DNA of 64,000 nucleotides, from assembly GCA_016218825.1 (NCBI GenBank), contig JACRCV010000056.1, positions 160,416-224,415 of the forward strand, read 5' to 3'. A program made the translations under genes and the position numbers. Source of the DNA: Deltaproteobacteria bacterium. GTDB taxonomy: Bacteria; Myxococcota; XYA12-FULL-58-9. Position 1 is the first letter of the stretch, and each line of letters opens with the position of its first letter. Shown here piece after piece: positions 38,347-47,689 of the stretch. Below the pieces are notes generated by a model. The model worked only from the letters and a program-made list of their open reading frames with translations, was not told where the DNA came from and ran no database searches.

Positions 38347-38784
38347 GTGAGCTCCACTCCCCTGCCCACCGCGCCGGCGTCGGCGCTCGTCTTCGTCGTC
38401 GACGACGAGCAGGGAAACCTCGACCTGGTGGCGCGGACGCTGCGCGCCACCTGCCAGACTCGGACCTTCGTCGAGAGCCGCTCGATGCTGGAGGCGGCCG
38501 AGAAGGACGCCCCCGACCTGGTCCTCGTCGACTTCCGGATGCCGAACACGACCGGCGTCGAGGTCCTGCGGGCCTTGCGGCAGAAAGGGATCAACTGCCC
38601 GGCGCTCTTGGTCACCGGCTTCCCCGACATGGAGGAGGTGAAGAGGGCGCGCGACGAGGGCCTGATCTTTCGGGTGATCACCAAGCCCTGGTCGCCGCCG
38701 GCGCTGGTCGCGAACGTGACGTTGGCCTTGTCGCTGGCACGGCTCGACAAGACCATGGAGACGATCGGCAAGGCCGAACGCTAG
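38347..38784 (+). CDS. Single-domain response regulator (receiver)
   Basis: VVDDE, LVDFRMP, VTG, ITKPW. Confidence 0.85.
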   Translation: MSSTPLPTAPASALVFVVDDEQGNLDLVARTLRATCQTRTFVESRSMLEAAEKDAPDLVLVDFRMPNTTGVEVLRALRQKGINCPALLVTGFPDMEEVKRARDEGLIFRVITKPWSPPALVANVTLALSLARLDKTMETIGKAER

Positions 38785-38802
38785 GAGCACAGCGAGGGAG
38801 CA

Positions 38803-39639
38803 ATGCAAGGCACGCCGAAGCCCGTGATCCTGATCGTCGACGACGAGCCCGACAACCTCGATTTGCTGGAGCGGGCCCTGCGCTCCGAGTACGTCGTCCA
38901 CCGCGCCGCGAGCGGTCACGAAGCCCTGCAGCTCCTCCCCGATCTCCCCGAGTTGAGCATCATCATCACCGACCAGCGGATGCCCGGGCTCGCCGGCACC
39001 GAGATGCTCCGCAAGGCCCGGGTGCGCCGCCCCGAGGCGGTGCGCATCATCCTCACCGGCTACACCGAGCCCGCCGACCTCATCGACGCGATCAACAACT
39101 CCAACGTCTACCGTTACCTCACGAAGCCCTTCCGTCCCGACGAGCTCCGGCTGCTGTTGCGCCGCGCGCTCCGGGTCAACCGCGCCGGCGGCGGCTACAT
39201 GGTCGACGAGGTGACCGGCCTCGCGAACCGCGGCCTGCTGCAACGCCAGTTGGCTCGGGAGCTCGCCCGCGCCGATCGCCTCGCGGCGCCCCTGGTGGTG
39301 GTCGCGATCCGGGTGAACGGCGTCTCCGAGTGCATCGCGGCGCTCGGTGAGCCGACGACCGAGCTGATGATCGCCAACGTCGCCGAGAGCCTCGAGAAGC
39401 AGATCCGCGCCATGGACATCTTGGGCTACTACGACCCTGGGATCTTCCTCGCCATCCTCCCCGGCTGCAGCGAGCCGGAGACCGCGGTGCGGCGGTTGGT
39501 CGAGCTCGCCGAGCAGGCCTCCGACGCCCAGACCATGCGGACGCGAGTGAGCGCGCTCGGCTTCTCCGGGACCTTCGTCAAGGTCGCCGCCAAGGCCGGC
39601 ATCGACGAGGTTCGCCGCGCGCTGCAGCTACCGGACTGA
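38803..39639 (+). CDS. Response regulator with degenerate GGDEF domain
   Basis: IVDDE, ITDQRMP, LTKPF; DEVTGLANR GGDEF N-terminus, but the signature reads GYYDPGIF. Confidence 0.85.
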   Translation: MQGTPKPVILIVDDEPDNLDLLERALRSEYVVHRAASGHEALQLLPDLPELSIIITDQRMPGLAGTEMLRKARVRRPEAVRIILTGYTEPADLIDAINNSNVYRYLTKPFRPDELRLLLRRALRVNRAGGGYMVDEVTGLANRGLLQRQLARELARADRLAAPLVVVAIRVNGVSECIAALGEPTTELMIANVAESLEKQIRAMDILGYYDPGIFLAILPGCSEPETAVRRLVELAEQASDAQTMRTRVSALGFSGTFVKVAAKAGIDEVRRALQLPD

Positions 39640-39664
39640 TCGTCGAGGCGGCCGCGCCGCCGGC

Positions 39665-41014
39665 TCAGGCCACCGCACCGGCGCTCGCGGCCACCGAGTC
39701 GGCCGACGGCAGCCACACCGTGAAGGTGGTGAACTTGCCGACCTCGCTCTTCACCGAGATCTTGCCGTTGTGGGCGTTGACGATCGAGTAGGTGATCGAG
39801 AGCCCGAGCCCGGTCCCCTCACCCACCGGCTTGGTGGTGAAGAACGGGTCGAAGATCTTCAGCTGCAGATCCTCGGGGATGCCGACGCCGTTGTCGGTGA
39901 TCTCGGTCGCGACCCCACCCTGCTCCTCGTGGACCACGATCTCGATCTGCCCCTTCTTCGGGATCGCCTGGACGCCGTTGATCAGGATGTTCATGAACAC
40001 CTGGTTCAAGCGCCCCTCGTTGCCCCACACCTCCGGCGCCGTCGGGTTGTAGTTGCGCACGATCGCGACCCGGTCCTTGGTGTTGTGGCTGATGAGGTTC
40101 AAGGCGCGCTCGATGCACTCCGGCAGCCGCACCCGACCCATGTTGTCGTCCGAGCGGTGACAGACCTGACGCAGATCGCGGACGATGCCGGCGACCCGCT
40201 CGGTGCCGAGCCGAATCGACTTGGTGAGCTTCGCCAGGTCCTCGCGCACGTAGGCCAGGTCGACCTCGGTCTCCACCGCGCGGATCCGGGCCGCCTGCTC
40301 TTCGGGCAGCTCGAGCCCGTCGTGGGCGCCGATGACCTTCAAGAGCGCGGCGACGTGGCTGTCGAGGAAATCGAGGTTGCCGTAGATGAAGTTGATCGGG
40401 TTGTTGATCTCGTGCGCGACGCCGGCGACCAATTTGCCCAGCGACGACAGCTTCTCCGATTGGATCAGCTGCGCCCGGGTCGAGCGCAGCTCGTCCAACG
40501 ACTTCTGCAGATCGGCGGTGCGGGCCTTGACCTGCTCTTCGAGCAGCTCGGCGCGCCGGCGCTCGTTGTCGAGCAGGACCTTGTAGCGATCCTGGATCCG
40601 CGCCTCGGCGGTGACGTCACGGTAGGTCTCGAGCACCGCCCACACGTTCCCCTGCGGGTCGCGCAGCGGGATGGTGCTGACGATCAGGGTCTGCTGGTCG
40701 TCGTCCTTGTTCTTGACCCGCTGGCCGTGGATCTCGTGCACCCGCACCGACCGCCCGTCGTTGAAGGTGCGCGCGCCCAGACAGCCGGAGTCACAGACCT
40801 CCAGGCCATAGAGATCGCGACAACGGGTGCCGGGTCGCTCGGCCTCGCGCGCCAGGCTCTTGGCCCCGAGGCCGACGGTCTCGGCGTAGGCCGCGTTCCA
40901 CGCCAGCGGTTTCAGGTCGCGGGAGACCACGACGGCGGCGTCGGTGATGCCGTCCAGGAGAGAGCGCAGCTGCTGCGGATCGTACTGGGTGGGTGGCGAT
41001 TGCTCGGCTGCCAT
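39665..41014 (-). CDS. Cytoplasmic PAS-domain sensor histidine kinase
   Basis: QSEKLSSLG...[43 protein letters not shown]; N-terminal PAS with three Cys. Confidence 0.92.
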   Translation of the reverse strand: MAAEQSPPTQYDPQQLRSLLDGITDAAVVVSRDLKPLAWNAAYAETVGLGAKSLAREAERPGTRCRDLYGLEVCDSGCLGARTFNDGRSVRVHEIHGQRVKNKDDDQQTLIVSTIPLRDPQGNVWAVLETYRDVTAEARIQDRYKVLLDNERRRAELLEEQVKARTADLQKSLDELRSTRAQLIQSEKLSSLGKLVAGVAHEINNPINFIYGNLDFLDSHVAALLKVIGAHDGLELPEEQAARIRAVETEVDLAYVREDLAKLTKSIRLGTERVAGIVRDLRQVCHRSDDNMGRVRLPECIERALNLISHNTKDRVAIVRNYNPTAPEVWGNEGRLNQVFMNILINGVQAIPKKGQIEIVVHEEQGGVATEITDNGVGIPEDLQLKIFDPFFTTKPVGEGTGLGLSITYSIVNAHNGKISVKSEVGKFTTFTVWLPSADSVAASAGAVA

Positions 41015-41027
41015 GGTTGCGAACGCT

Positions 41028-41501
41028 TCAGCCCCTTCTCAGGAAGGCAAAGTAGCTGTCCTCGAGGTCGTCGAACTCCATCTTGCCGGCGCAGTGCGGA
41101 CAGGCGCGGTTCGCGAGGTCCGGGACGCGCCCGGACTCGACGCTGACGACGACGCGCTCGGAGCGGCCACACTTGTCACACATGAACGGCGCCTGCACCG
41201 ACACCACCCGCGCCAGGCCGACGAAGTTGCTGATGGTGTTGATCTGGTTGACCATCGGCGGGCTGCACTGCTCGAGCTTCACCTTCAGGTTGTTCGGCAG
41301 CTTGCGCATGAAGTTGACCCACTCGCGCACGCCGCACGAGTTGACCCGGTTGATGCCGCCGAGGTCCATGCTCACCTGGTTCTTGCCGGCAAGCGCGGTC
41401 ACCAGCGGCGCGAAGTCGGCGTCCTCGTTGACCGGGCCCGACAGCTTGACGCCGGCTTCGGCGCCCTTGGCATCGATGACCCACTCCAATCGACTGCTCA
41501 T
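41028..41501 (-). CDS. STAS-like protein with C-terminal zinc ribbon
   Basis: LSGPVNE, DLGGINRVNSCGVREW (STAS-like); CDKC...CPHC. Confidence 0.75.
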   Translation of the reverse strand: MSSRLEWVIDAKGAEAGVKLSGPVNEDADFAPLVTALAGKNQVSMDLGGINRVNSCGVREWVNFMRKLPNNLKVKLEQCSPPMVNQINTISNFVGLARVVSVQAPFMCDKCGRSERVVVSVESGRVPDLANRACPHCAGKMEFDDLEDSYFAFLRRG

Positions 41502-41533
41502 CCGTTACTCTCCGTGGTGCTGCCTGGCAGCGG

Positions 41534-43702
41534 TCACGACTTGGAGGGTGACTTGACCTGCTGCAACAGCCGGAAGAACCGCGATGCCTTGTCAGAGTCG
41601 CTCGCCAACAGCGCGTCCACCAGGCTCGAGGCGCCGCACCTTCTGACGAACTCGTTCTCGAAGCGAATGACGTGCGGGAACAGCTTCTTCAACCACGCCG
41701 CGAGGTCGGTCTCGCCCTTGAGCTTGGTCAGCGCGGCGCGCAGATCGGCCTCCATCTTGCCGGCGTCCGAGTACCGGTGCGCCGGATCCTTCTCCAGGCT
41801 CTTCTCGATGATCGGGAACAGGCTGCGCGGGATCTTCGAGGTCCAGCCGGGACGGTCGATCTTGTCGTTGACGATGGCATAGGCGGTCTGGTCGACGGTG
41901 GCGCGGCGGAACGGGTTGGCGCCGGTGAGCATCGAGATCAAGAGCAGCCCCGCGCCCCAGAGATCGGTCTGCGGCGTCGCCTCCTTGCCGAGGAAGATCT
42001 CCGGCGCCATCCAGAACGGGTTGCCGAGGATGGTGTCCTTGTCCCAGTTGCGGCTGCGGACGTAGCCGGCGAGGCCGAAGTCGACGAGCTTGACGACGCC
42101 GTCGAAGCTCACCAGCACGTTGCCCGGCGTGACGTCGCGGTGCACCAACATCCGGCCGCTGGTGTCGGGTATGTGGGCGCGCGCCAACCCCTTGCAGAGG
42201 TCGGCGATGATGGTCGCGACCACCGTGGGCGGCACGGTCGCGCCGTGGCCGACCACCTCGCTCATGATCTCGGTGAGGCTGCGGCCGTGGACGAACTCCA
42301 GCACCATGAAGAACGAGCCCTCGACCCGCTCGAGATCGAGGACGCGGATGACGTTCGGGTGATCCATGCGCGCCGCGAGCTTGGCCTCGTCCAAGAACAG
42401 CCGGATCATGCGGTCGTCGGTGGACAAGTCGGCGCGCACCTGCTTCACCACCGCGAGGCGGCGGAAGCCCATCGCGCCGTGCTGGCGCACCAGGTGCACC
42501 TCCGCCATCCCGCCTTCGCCGAGCTTACAGACGAACTCGTACTTGTTCGCGAAGCGCTTCTTGGCCTCTTCGACCGTCGCCTTGGCCACCGCCGCCTTCT
42601 GGGCCACCGCCGGCTTCTTGGGCGGCGCCGCCTTCGCCGGTGCGGGGCTGCTCGCCGCCACCGCACGCCCGGGCCGCTGCTTGCTCACCGCGGCGATGAA
42701 CTCGCGGTAGTCCTCTTCGCGCTCGGCGATGTCGATCGGCACGCCGCACTCGGCGCACGACGGGCTCGACGCCAGCCAGCCGTCGAACGAGCCGACCGCG
42801 ATCGAATACCAGGTCGCGCGCCGGCAGGTGCCGCAACGTCCGGGGAATAGGATGCTCGCTACCGTGGCGCCGGAGAGCAGCGCCGGGTCGTCGGCGAAGC
42901 GCCGCAACGCCACCGCCGAGCAGTTCACCAGGCTGGTCGCCACGTTCTGGGTCAGCGAGTCCATTGCCGTCCGCCAGCGCTCGAAGCCGCTGGCGTCGAA
43001 GTGCGCGACCCGCTGCATGTCGATGGTCGCCGACGGGCTGTCGGTCGCGGCCACCTGCCGGCCCGGGAACGTGCCGTCGATGATCCCCGCCAGGCGGATG
43101 TTGGTGTTGTTGCCCTCGACCGACTGCCGCGTGGTCAGCCGGACCCCCGGCACTTCGGGCAGCCAGCTGTCGGGGCGCCGCATGGTGCCGAGCACCGCCG
43201 CCGGCGGCGCCGCCGGGGTCACCGAGCGGACGTACTCGAACAGGATCGAGGGATCGTCGTCGAGCTGCGCGTCGCGGCCGCACACCGCGCACTGCCGGAC
43301 CGGGGCCTCCGGCGCGGCGAACGCCGTGTGGTCGAGCTGCGCGTCGAAGAGGTGCGTGGTCTACTCGCCGCAGGAGTCGCACTGGTAGTACGACCGGAAC
43401 GACAACAGCGAACCGCCGCCGTCGAAGCCGACCACCATGTTGAACTGGTCGCTCATGCGCGGCGAGGCACGGACGAAGAACAGCCCCTCCACCTGCTGGC
43501 GGACGGCGCGCACCGCGTTGATCCAATCGCGGACGCCGACCGACGACAGTTGCTTGATGTGGGCGACGTCGAGGACCAGGAACTTGGCGCCGGCGGGCTG
43601 GAGCACCGCGGCGTCAAACGAGTCATCGAGGCGCCCCGACAGGGCGCGGAGGAGGACCGTACCGTCCTTCAACTCACGCAAGACCCGCATGTTGGCTGCC
43701 AT
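41534..43702 (-). CDS. Hanks-type Ser/Thr protein kinase with two N-terminal STAS/zinc-ribbon modules; frame interrupted by one in-frame TAG
   Basis: ORFs 43361..43702 and 41534..43285 are in the same frame, separated by TAG 43361-43363 and sense codons only; kinase motifs GEGGMAEV, AVVK, HRDVTPGN, DFG, APE intact. Confidence 0.8.
43361..43363 (-). other. In-frame amber (TAG) codon inside the first zinc ribbon of the STAS-kinase gene
   Basis: TGC GAC TCC TGC GGC GAG TAG ACC ACG CAC ... TGC GCG GTG TGC reads CDSCGE*TTH...CAVC. Confidence 0.85.
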
Positions 43703-43927
43703 TCGACACAGGAGATATCAACTCGAGGAATTCAGTCAAGCGTTTAGCTCCGGCGACCGCGCCGGCCGATTCGTTGACTGCCTCGAAGCGGCCTGCTACT
43801 GATCGTTAGGTTATCCTTACGCAAACTCATATGGCTCCCAGAACGAATCGCCACGACTGTCCGACCCCAGGGAGTGATCGTCAGCTCCTTGCATCCGCAC
43901 GAAAGGCAGACGAAAGACCGGGGCCTC

Positions 43928-45655
43928 ATGACTGACACGATCGCGACGCACCTCCTCCGCGTGGCAAAGAGCCACCCCGACCGCCCCTTCCTCCAAACCC
44001 CAACAGAAACGTTGAGTTACAGCCAGGCGGTGATCCGCGTCGCCGGCACCGCGAAACGCTTCGCCGACCTCGGCTTGCGCCGCGGCGACTTCATTGCCTG
44101 TTACTGCGAGTCACAGGTGGCCGGCCTGTTCTTCAGCCTCGCGTGCGCGACCACCGGTATCCGGCCGGCGCCGCTGTCCCCGGTGTTCTCCGTCGACTAC
44201 CTGATCTCCGGCATCGCCGGCGCCTTGAACGCCCGCGCCATCTTCTGCGACATCGATCGCACGCCGCTGCTCGTCGAGCACCGCTGCCGGCCGCTGTGTT
44301 TCGCGCCGGCGCAGACCGACGTCCCGGGCGCCGAGATCATCGAGGAGACGTTCGACCTGCAGTTCGGCGAAGCGCTGGAGTATCTCGAGCGCGCCAGCCA
44401 CGGGATTGGCCCGGACGACGTCTTCATGATCCTGCCGACCGCCGGCTCCACCGGGACGCCCAAGCTCGTCGTCCGCCGCCACGTCTCGTTCACCCGCTAT
44501 CTGAAGTACCTCGGCCAGGAGCTCGGCCCGGGGCTCGAGGACGGCACCCCGCATCGCTTCCTGATGGTCTCGGCGCTCACCCACGCGTTCGGCTATCACC
44601 TGCTGACGACCGCCATCGGGCTCGGCGCGACCCTGGCGCTTACCTCCAAGATCGACACCGAGGCCGATCTGGTCGAGATCCGTGCCCTCGATCCGACGGT
44701 GCTGCCGTTGTTGCCGCGGGTACAGCGCTCGCTGTTCCGGCAGCACTTCGCCAAGCCCGAGACCGAGCTCGCCACCAAGGCCCAGATGTTCTCGGCGAGC
44801 GCCCGCTTCGTCTGCAGCGCCGGCGGCATCCCGAACTACGATATCCTCAAGTACCTCATGGACCAGGGCCTCGACATCGTCGAGTTCTACGGCTCCACCG
44901 AGGCGTCCTTGATCGCGATCACCAAGCGCGGCACCTGGAAGCCGGGCTGCTCGGGCAAGGTGGTCGACGACGTCGAGGTCAAGCGCGACCCGGACGGCGA
45001 GATCCTGGTGCGCTCCGCGGGCGTCACCCCCGGCTACTTCGGCGACGACGAGGCCACCCGCGCGGTGATCACCAACGACGGCTACTTTCACACCGGCGAC
45101 CACGGCGAGCTGGCGCCCGATCGTTCGCTGTCCATCGTCGGCCGCAAGAAAGACGTCTTCAACACCTCCGAAGGCACCAACATCTTCCCGACCCGCATCG
45201 AGCAGATGATCGAGCTGTTGCCCTGGGTGCACCAGGTCTGCCTGGTCGGCGACGCCCGCCCCTTCTTGACCGCGCTCATCGTCGTCAAGGACGAGGGCAA
45301 CCTGCGAAACCCGCGCGAGTACGGCTTCCTCGAGGCGGCGTCCAACGTCGAGGTCTATCGCCGCGCCGGCTCGGATCTCTCCGACATCAACCTTCGCCTG
45401 GAGCGCATCGAGCACATCGTCCGCTTCGCGCTCTTCGGGCGTGAATTCCCGACCGACATCTACGCCAAGGTGTCGGCGGGTAAGATCCGCCGCGACCGCA
45501 AGGTGTTCAACGAGCGCTTCCGCGCCGTCATCGAGATGCTCTACACCTCGCGGCCACAGCCGATCCCGGATCCGTCGTTCGTGCCCGGCACCGATCGCCG
45601 TCTGCGCATGCGCGGCAAAGATCGCCGCCTCGCGCCTCGCGCCGGCAAGCGCTGA
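43928..45655 (+). CDS. AMP-binding enzyme, long-chain acyl-CoA ligase-like
   Basis: PTAGSTGTPK, FYGSTEA, GEILVRS, YFHTGD, GRKKD, NIFPTRIE. Confidence 0.85.
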   Translation: MTDTIATHLLRVAKSHPDRPFLQTPTETLSYSQAVIRVAGTAKRFADLGLRRGDFIACYCESQVAGLFFSLACATTGIRPAPLSPVFSVDYLISGIAGALNARAIFCDIDRTPLLVEHRCRPLCFAPAQTDVPGAEIIEETFDLQFGEALEYLERASHGIGPDDVFMILPTAGSTGTPKLVVRRHVSFTRYLKYLGQELGPGLEDGTPHRFLMVSALTHAFGYHLLTTAIGLGATLALTSKIDTEADLVEIRALDPTVLPLLPRVQRSLFRQHFAKPETELATKAQMFSASARFVCSAGGIPNYDILKYLMDQGLDIVEFYGSTEASLIAITKRGTWKPGCSGKVVDDVEVKRDPDGEILVRSAGVTPGYFGDDEATRAVITNDGYFHTGDHGELAPDRSLSIVGRKKDVFNTSEGTNIFPTRIEQMIELLPWVHQVCLVGDARPFLTALIVVKDEGNLRNPREYGFLEAASNVEVYRRAGSDLSDINLRLERIEHIVRFALFGREFPTDIYAKVSAGKIRRDRKVFNERFRAVIEMLYTSRPQPIPDPSFVPGTDRRLRMRGKDRRLAPRAGKR

Positions 45656-45673
45656 CAAACCCGCGCCCTCCCC

Positions 45674-47128
45674 ATGCTCAGGACATCGTGGCGCAAGATC
45701 GTCCCGGTGCTGGTGCCCACCGTCCTGGCCATCATCCCCGCGCCCACCGGACTGCCGCAGCACGCCTGGTGGTATTTCGCGATCTTCGTCGGCGTCATCG
45801 TCGGCCTGGTGCTCGAGCCGTTGCCGGGTGGCGCCGTGGGCTTCATCGGGGTCACGCTCATCGGGGTGCTGGCGCGCGTCGTGCTCTTCAGCCCCGCACA
45901 GCTCGCGGATCCCGCCTTCCGGGCGACCGCCGAGGCGGTCCGGTTCACGGTGTCGGGTTTCGCCAACACCACGGTCTGGCTGATCTTCACGGCCTTCATC
46001 GTCGCCACCGGCTACGAAAAGACCGGCCTTGGGCGGCGGGTGGCCTTGCTTCTCGTCAAGGCGATGGGGCGACGCACGCTCACCCTGGGATACGCGGTCG
46101 CGCTGGCCGACCTCGCGCTCGCGCCGTTCACGCCCTCCAACACCGCGAGGTCCGGAGGCACGCTGTTTCCGGTGTTGAAGAGCCTGGCGGCTCTCTATGA
46201 GTCCAAACCGAACGACCCCTCCGCCCGTCGGATCGGCGGCTACCTCATGTGGACGGCGATCGCGGCCACGACGGTCACCAGCTCGATGTTCGCGACCGCC
46301 ATGGCGCCCAACCTCCTGGCCCTGGAGATGGCGCAAAAGACGGTCAACGTGACGGTCACCTGGCTCGAGTGGCTCACGGCGATCACGCCGGTTGCGCTCC
46401 TCCTCTTCCTGGCCACTCCCCTGCTCGCGTACCTCCTGTACCCACCGGAGGTGAAGACCGGCGGCGCGGTGCCGCAGTGGGCAGGTCAGGAGCTCGAGCG
46501 GATGGGTCCGTTGAGCGGGCGCGAGCGTACGCTCGGTGGGCTGGTGCTGACGGCGTTGGCGCTGTGGATCTTCGCCGGCGACCTCGTCGATGCCACCGCG
46601 GTCGCGATGGTCGTCGTCGCGCTCATGGTGGTCACCGGCGTCGTCGGTTGGGACGACGTGCTCGGCAATCGCCGGGCGTGGAACACGCTGGTCTGGTTCG
46701 CGACGCTCGTGGCGCTGGCCGACGGTTTGACGCGCGTCGGCTTCATCAAGTGGTTTGCCGAGACCGTGGGCGGCGCGCTGCGTGGCCTCGCGCCGATGAC
46801 CGCCACGGTGGCCACGGTGCTGGTGTTCTTCTTGTTGCACTACCTGTTTGCGAGCGTCACCGCGCACGTGACCGCCCTGATGCCGGTGATGCTCGTGGTG
46901 AGCACCGCCATCCCCGGCGTCGATCCCGCCACGGTCACGCTGTCGCTGGTCGCGACTCTCGGGATCATGGGTGTGCTGACACCGTATGCGACCGGCCCGA
47001 GCCCGATCTACTTTGGAAGCGGCTACATCAGGGCCTCGGACTATTGGAGGCTCGGTGCGATTTTTGGCGCGATCTACATCGTCGTGCTCACTTGCGTCGG
47101 TATCCCTTGGATCGTGATGACCCGCTAG
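45674..47128 (+). CDS. DASS family (CitT/TtdT-type) dicarboxylate/anion permease
   Basis: KTGLGRRVAL, TPSNTARSGG, FASVTAH, LTPYATGPSPIYFGSGY. Confidence 0.92.
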   Translation: MLRTSWRKIVPVLVPTVLAIIPAPTGLPQHAWWYFAIFVGVIVGLVLEPLPGGAVGFIGVTLIGVLARVVLFSPAQLADPAFRATAEAVRFTVSGFANTTVWLIFTAFIVATGYEKTGLGRRVALLLVKAMGRRTLTLGYAVALADLALAPFTPSNTARSGGTLFPVLKSLAALYESKPNDPSARRIGGYLMWTAIAATTVTSSMFATAMAPNLLALEMAQKTVNVTVTWLEWLTAITPVALLLFLATPLLAYLLYPPEVKTGGAVPQWAGQELERMGPLSGRERTLGGLVLTALALWIFAGDLVDATAVAMVVVALMVVTGVVGWDDVLGNRRAWNTLVWFATLVALADGLTRVGFIKWFAETVGGALRGLAPMTATVATVLVFFLLHYLFASVTAHVTALMPVMLVVSTAIPGVDPATVTLSLVATLGIMGVLTPYATGPSPIYFGSGYIRASDYWRLGAIFGAIYIVVLTCVGIPWIVMTR

Positions 47129-47208
47129 CCATCGCCGCACGCCCCTATGGGGCTGGCCTTGGCTTCGCATTCGAGGTAGGCGGATGCCTTGCCTCAAGGA
47201 GACTTGCC

Positions 47209-47499
47209 ATGATCAAGGTGTTGCGTGAGCGGTACTGCAGTGCGGCCAACGAGAAGACGGTCCGCGAGATCGAGAAGGCCACGCGGGAACAAGCCAAGAA
47301 GCAGCCCGGCTGGGTGTCGGGGGAAACGCTGCGAGACAAGGCGGACCCCACCCACACCGTGATCGTGGCCACCTGGGAGTCGGAGAAGGCGTTCGCGGCC
47401 TGGGAGAGCTCGGAGGGCCGCAAGAAGGTCATGAAGGATATCGCCAAGCTCATGGCAAAGCCCGAGAAGGTCACCGTCTTCGAGCTCCTGTCGAAGTAG
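47209..47499 (+). CDS. Antibiotic biosynthesis monooxygenase (ABM) domain protein
   Basis: QPGWVSGETL, VIVATWESEKAFAAWESS; AAGGAG RBS before ATG 47209. Confidence 0.8.
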   Translation: MIKVLRERYCSAANEKTVREIEKATREQAKKQPGWVSGETLRDKADPTHTVIVATWESEKAFAAWESSEGRKKVMKDIAKLMAKPEKVTVFELLSK

Positions 47500-47689
47500 G
47501 CCGCGGCCGCGCCGCCGCGCACACGCTGCACGGGCGTCGGCGGGGCGCCGGCGTGGAGGTGTCGTCCACCCCTTCCGGGCCGGTGGCCGTGTCAAGGACG
47601 GCAGGCCGAGCGGGTCCGCGGGATCTCGCTTTCTTCGCCGACGTTGGGCATATTCTACGACCTGCATCGGGGCGTGAGGAGCCTGGCTC

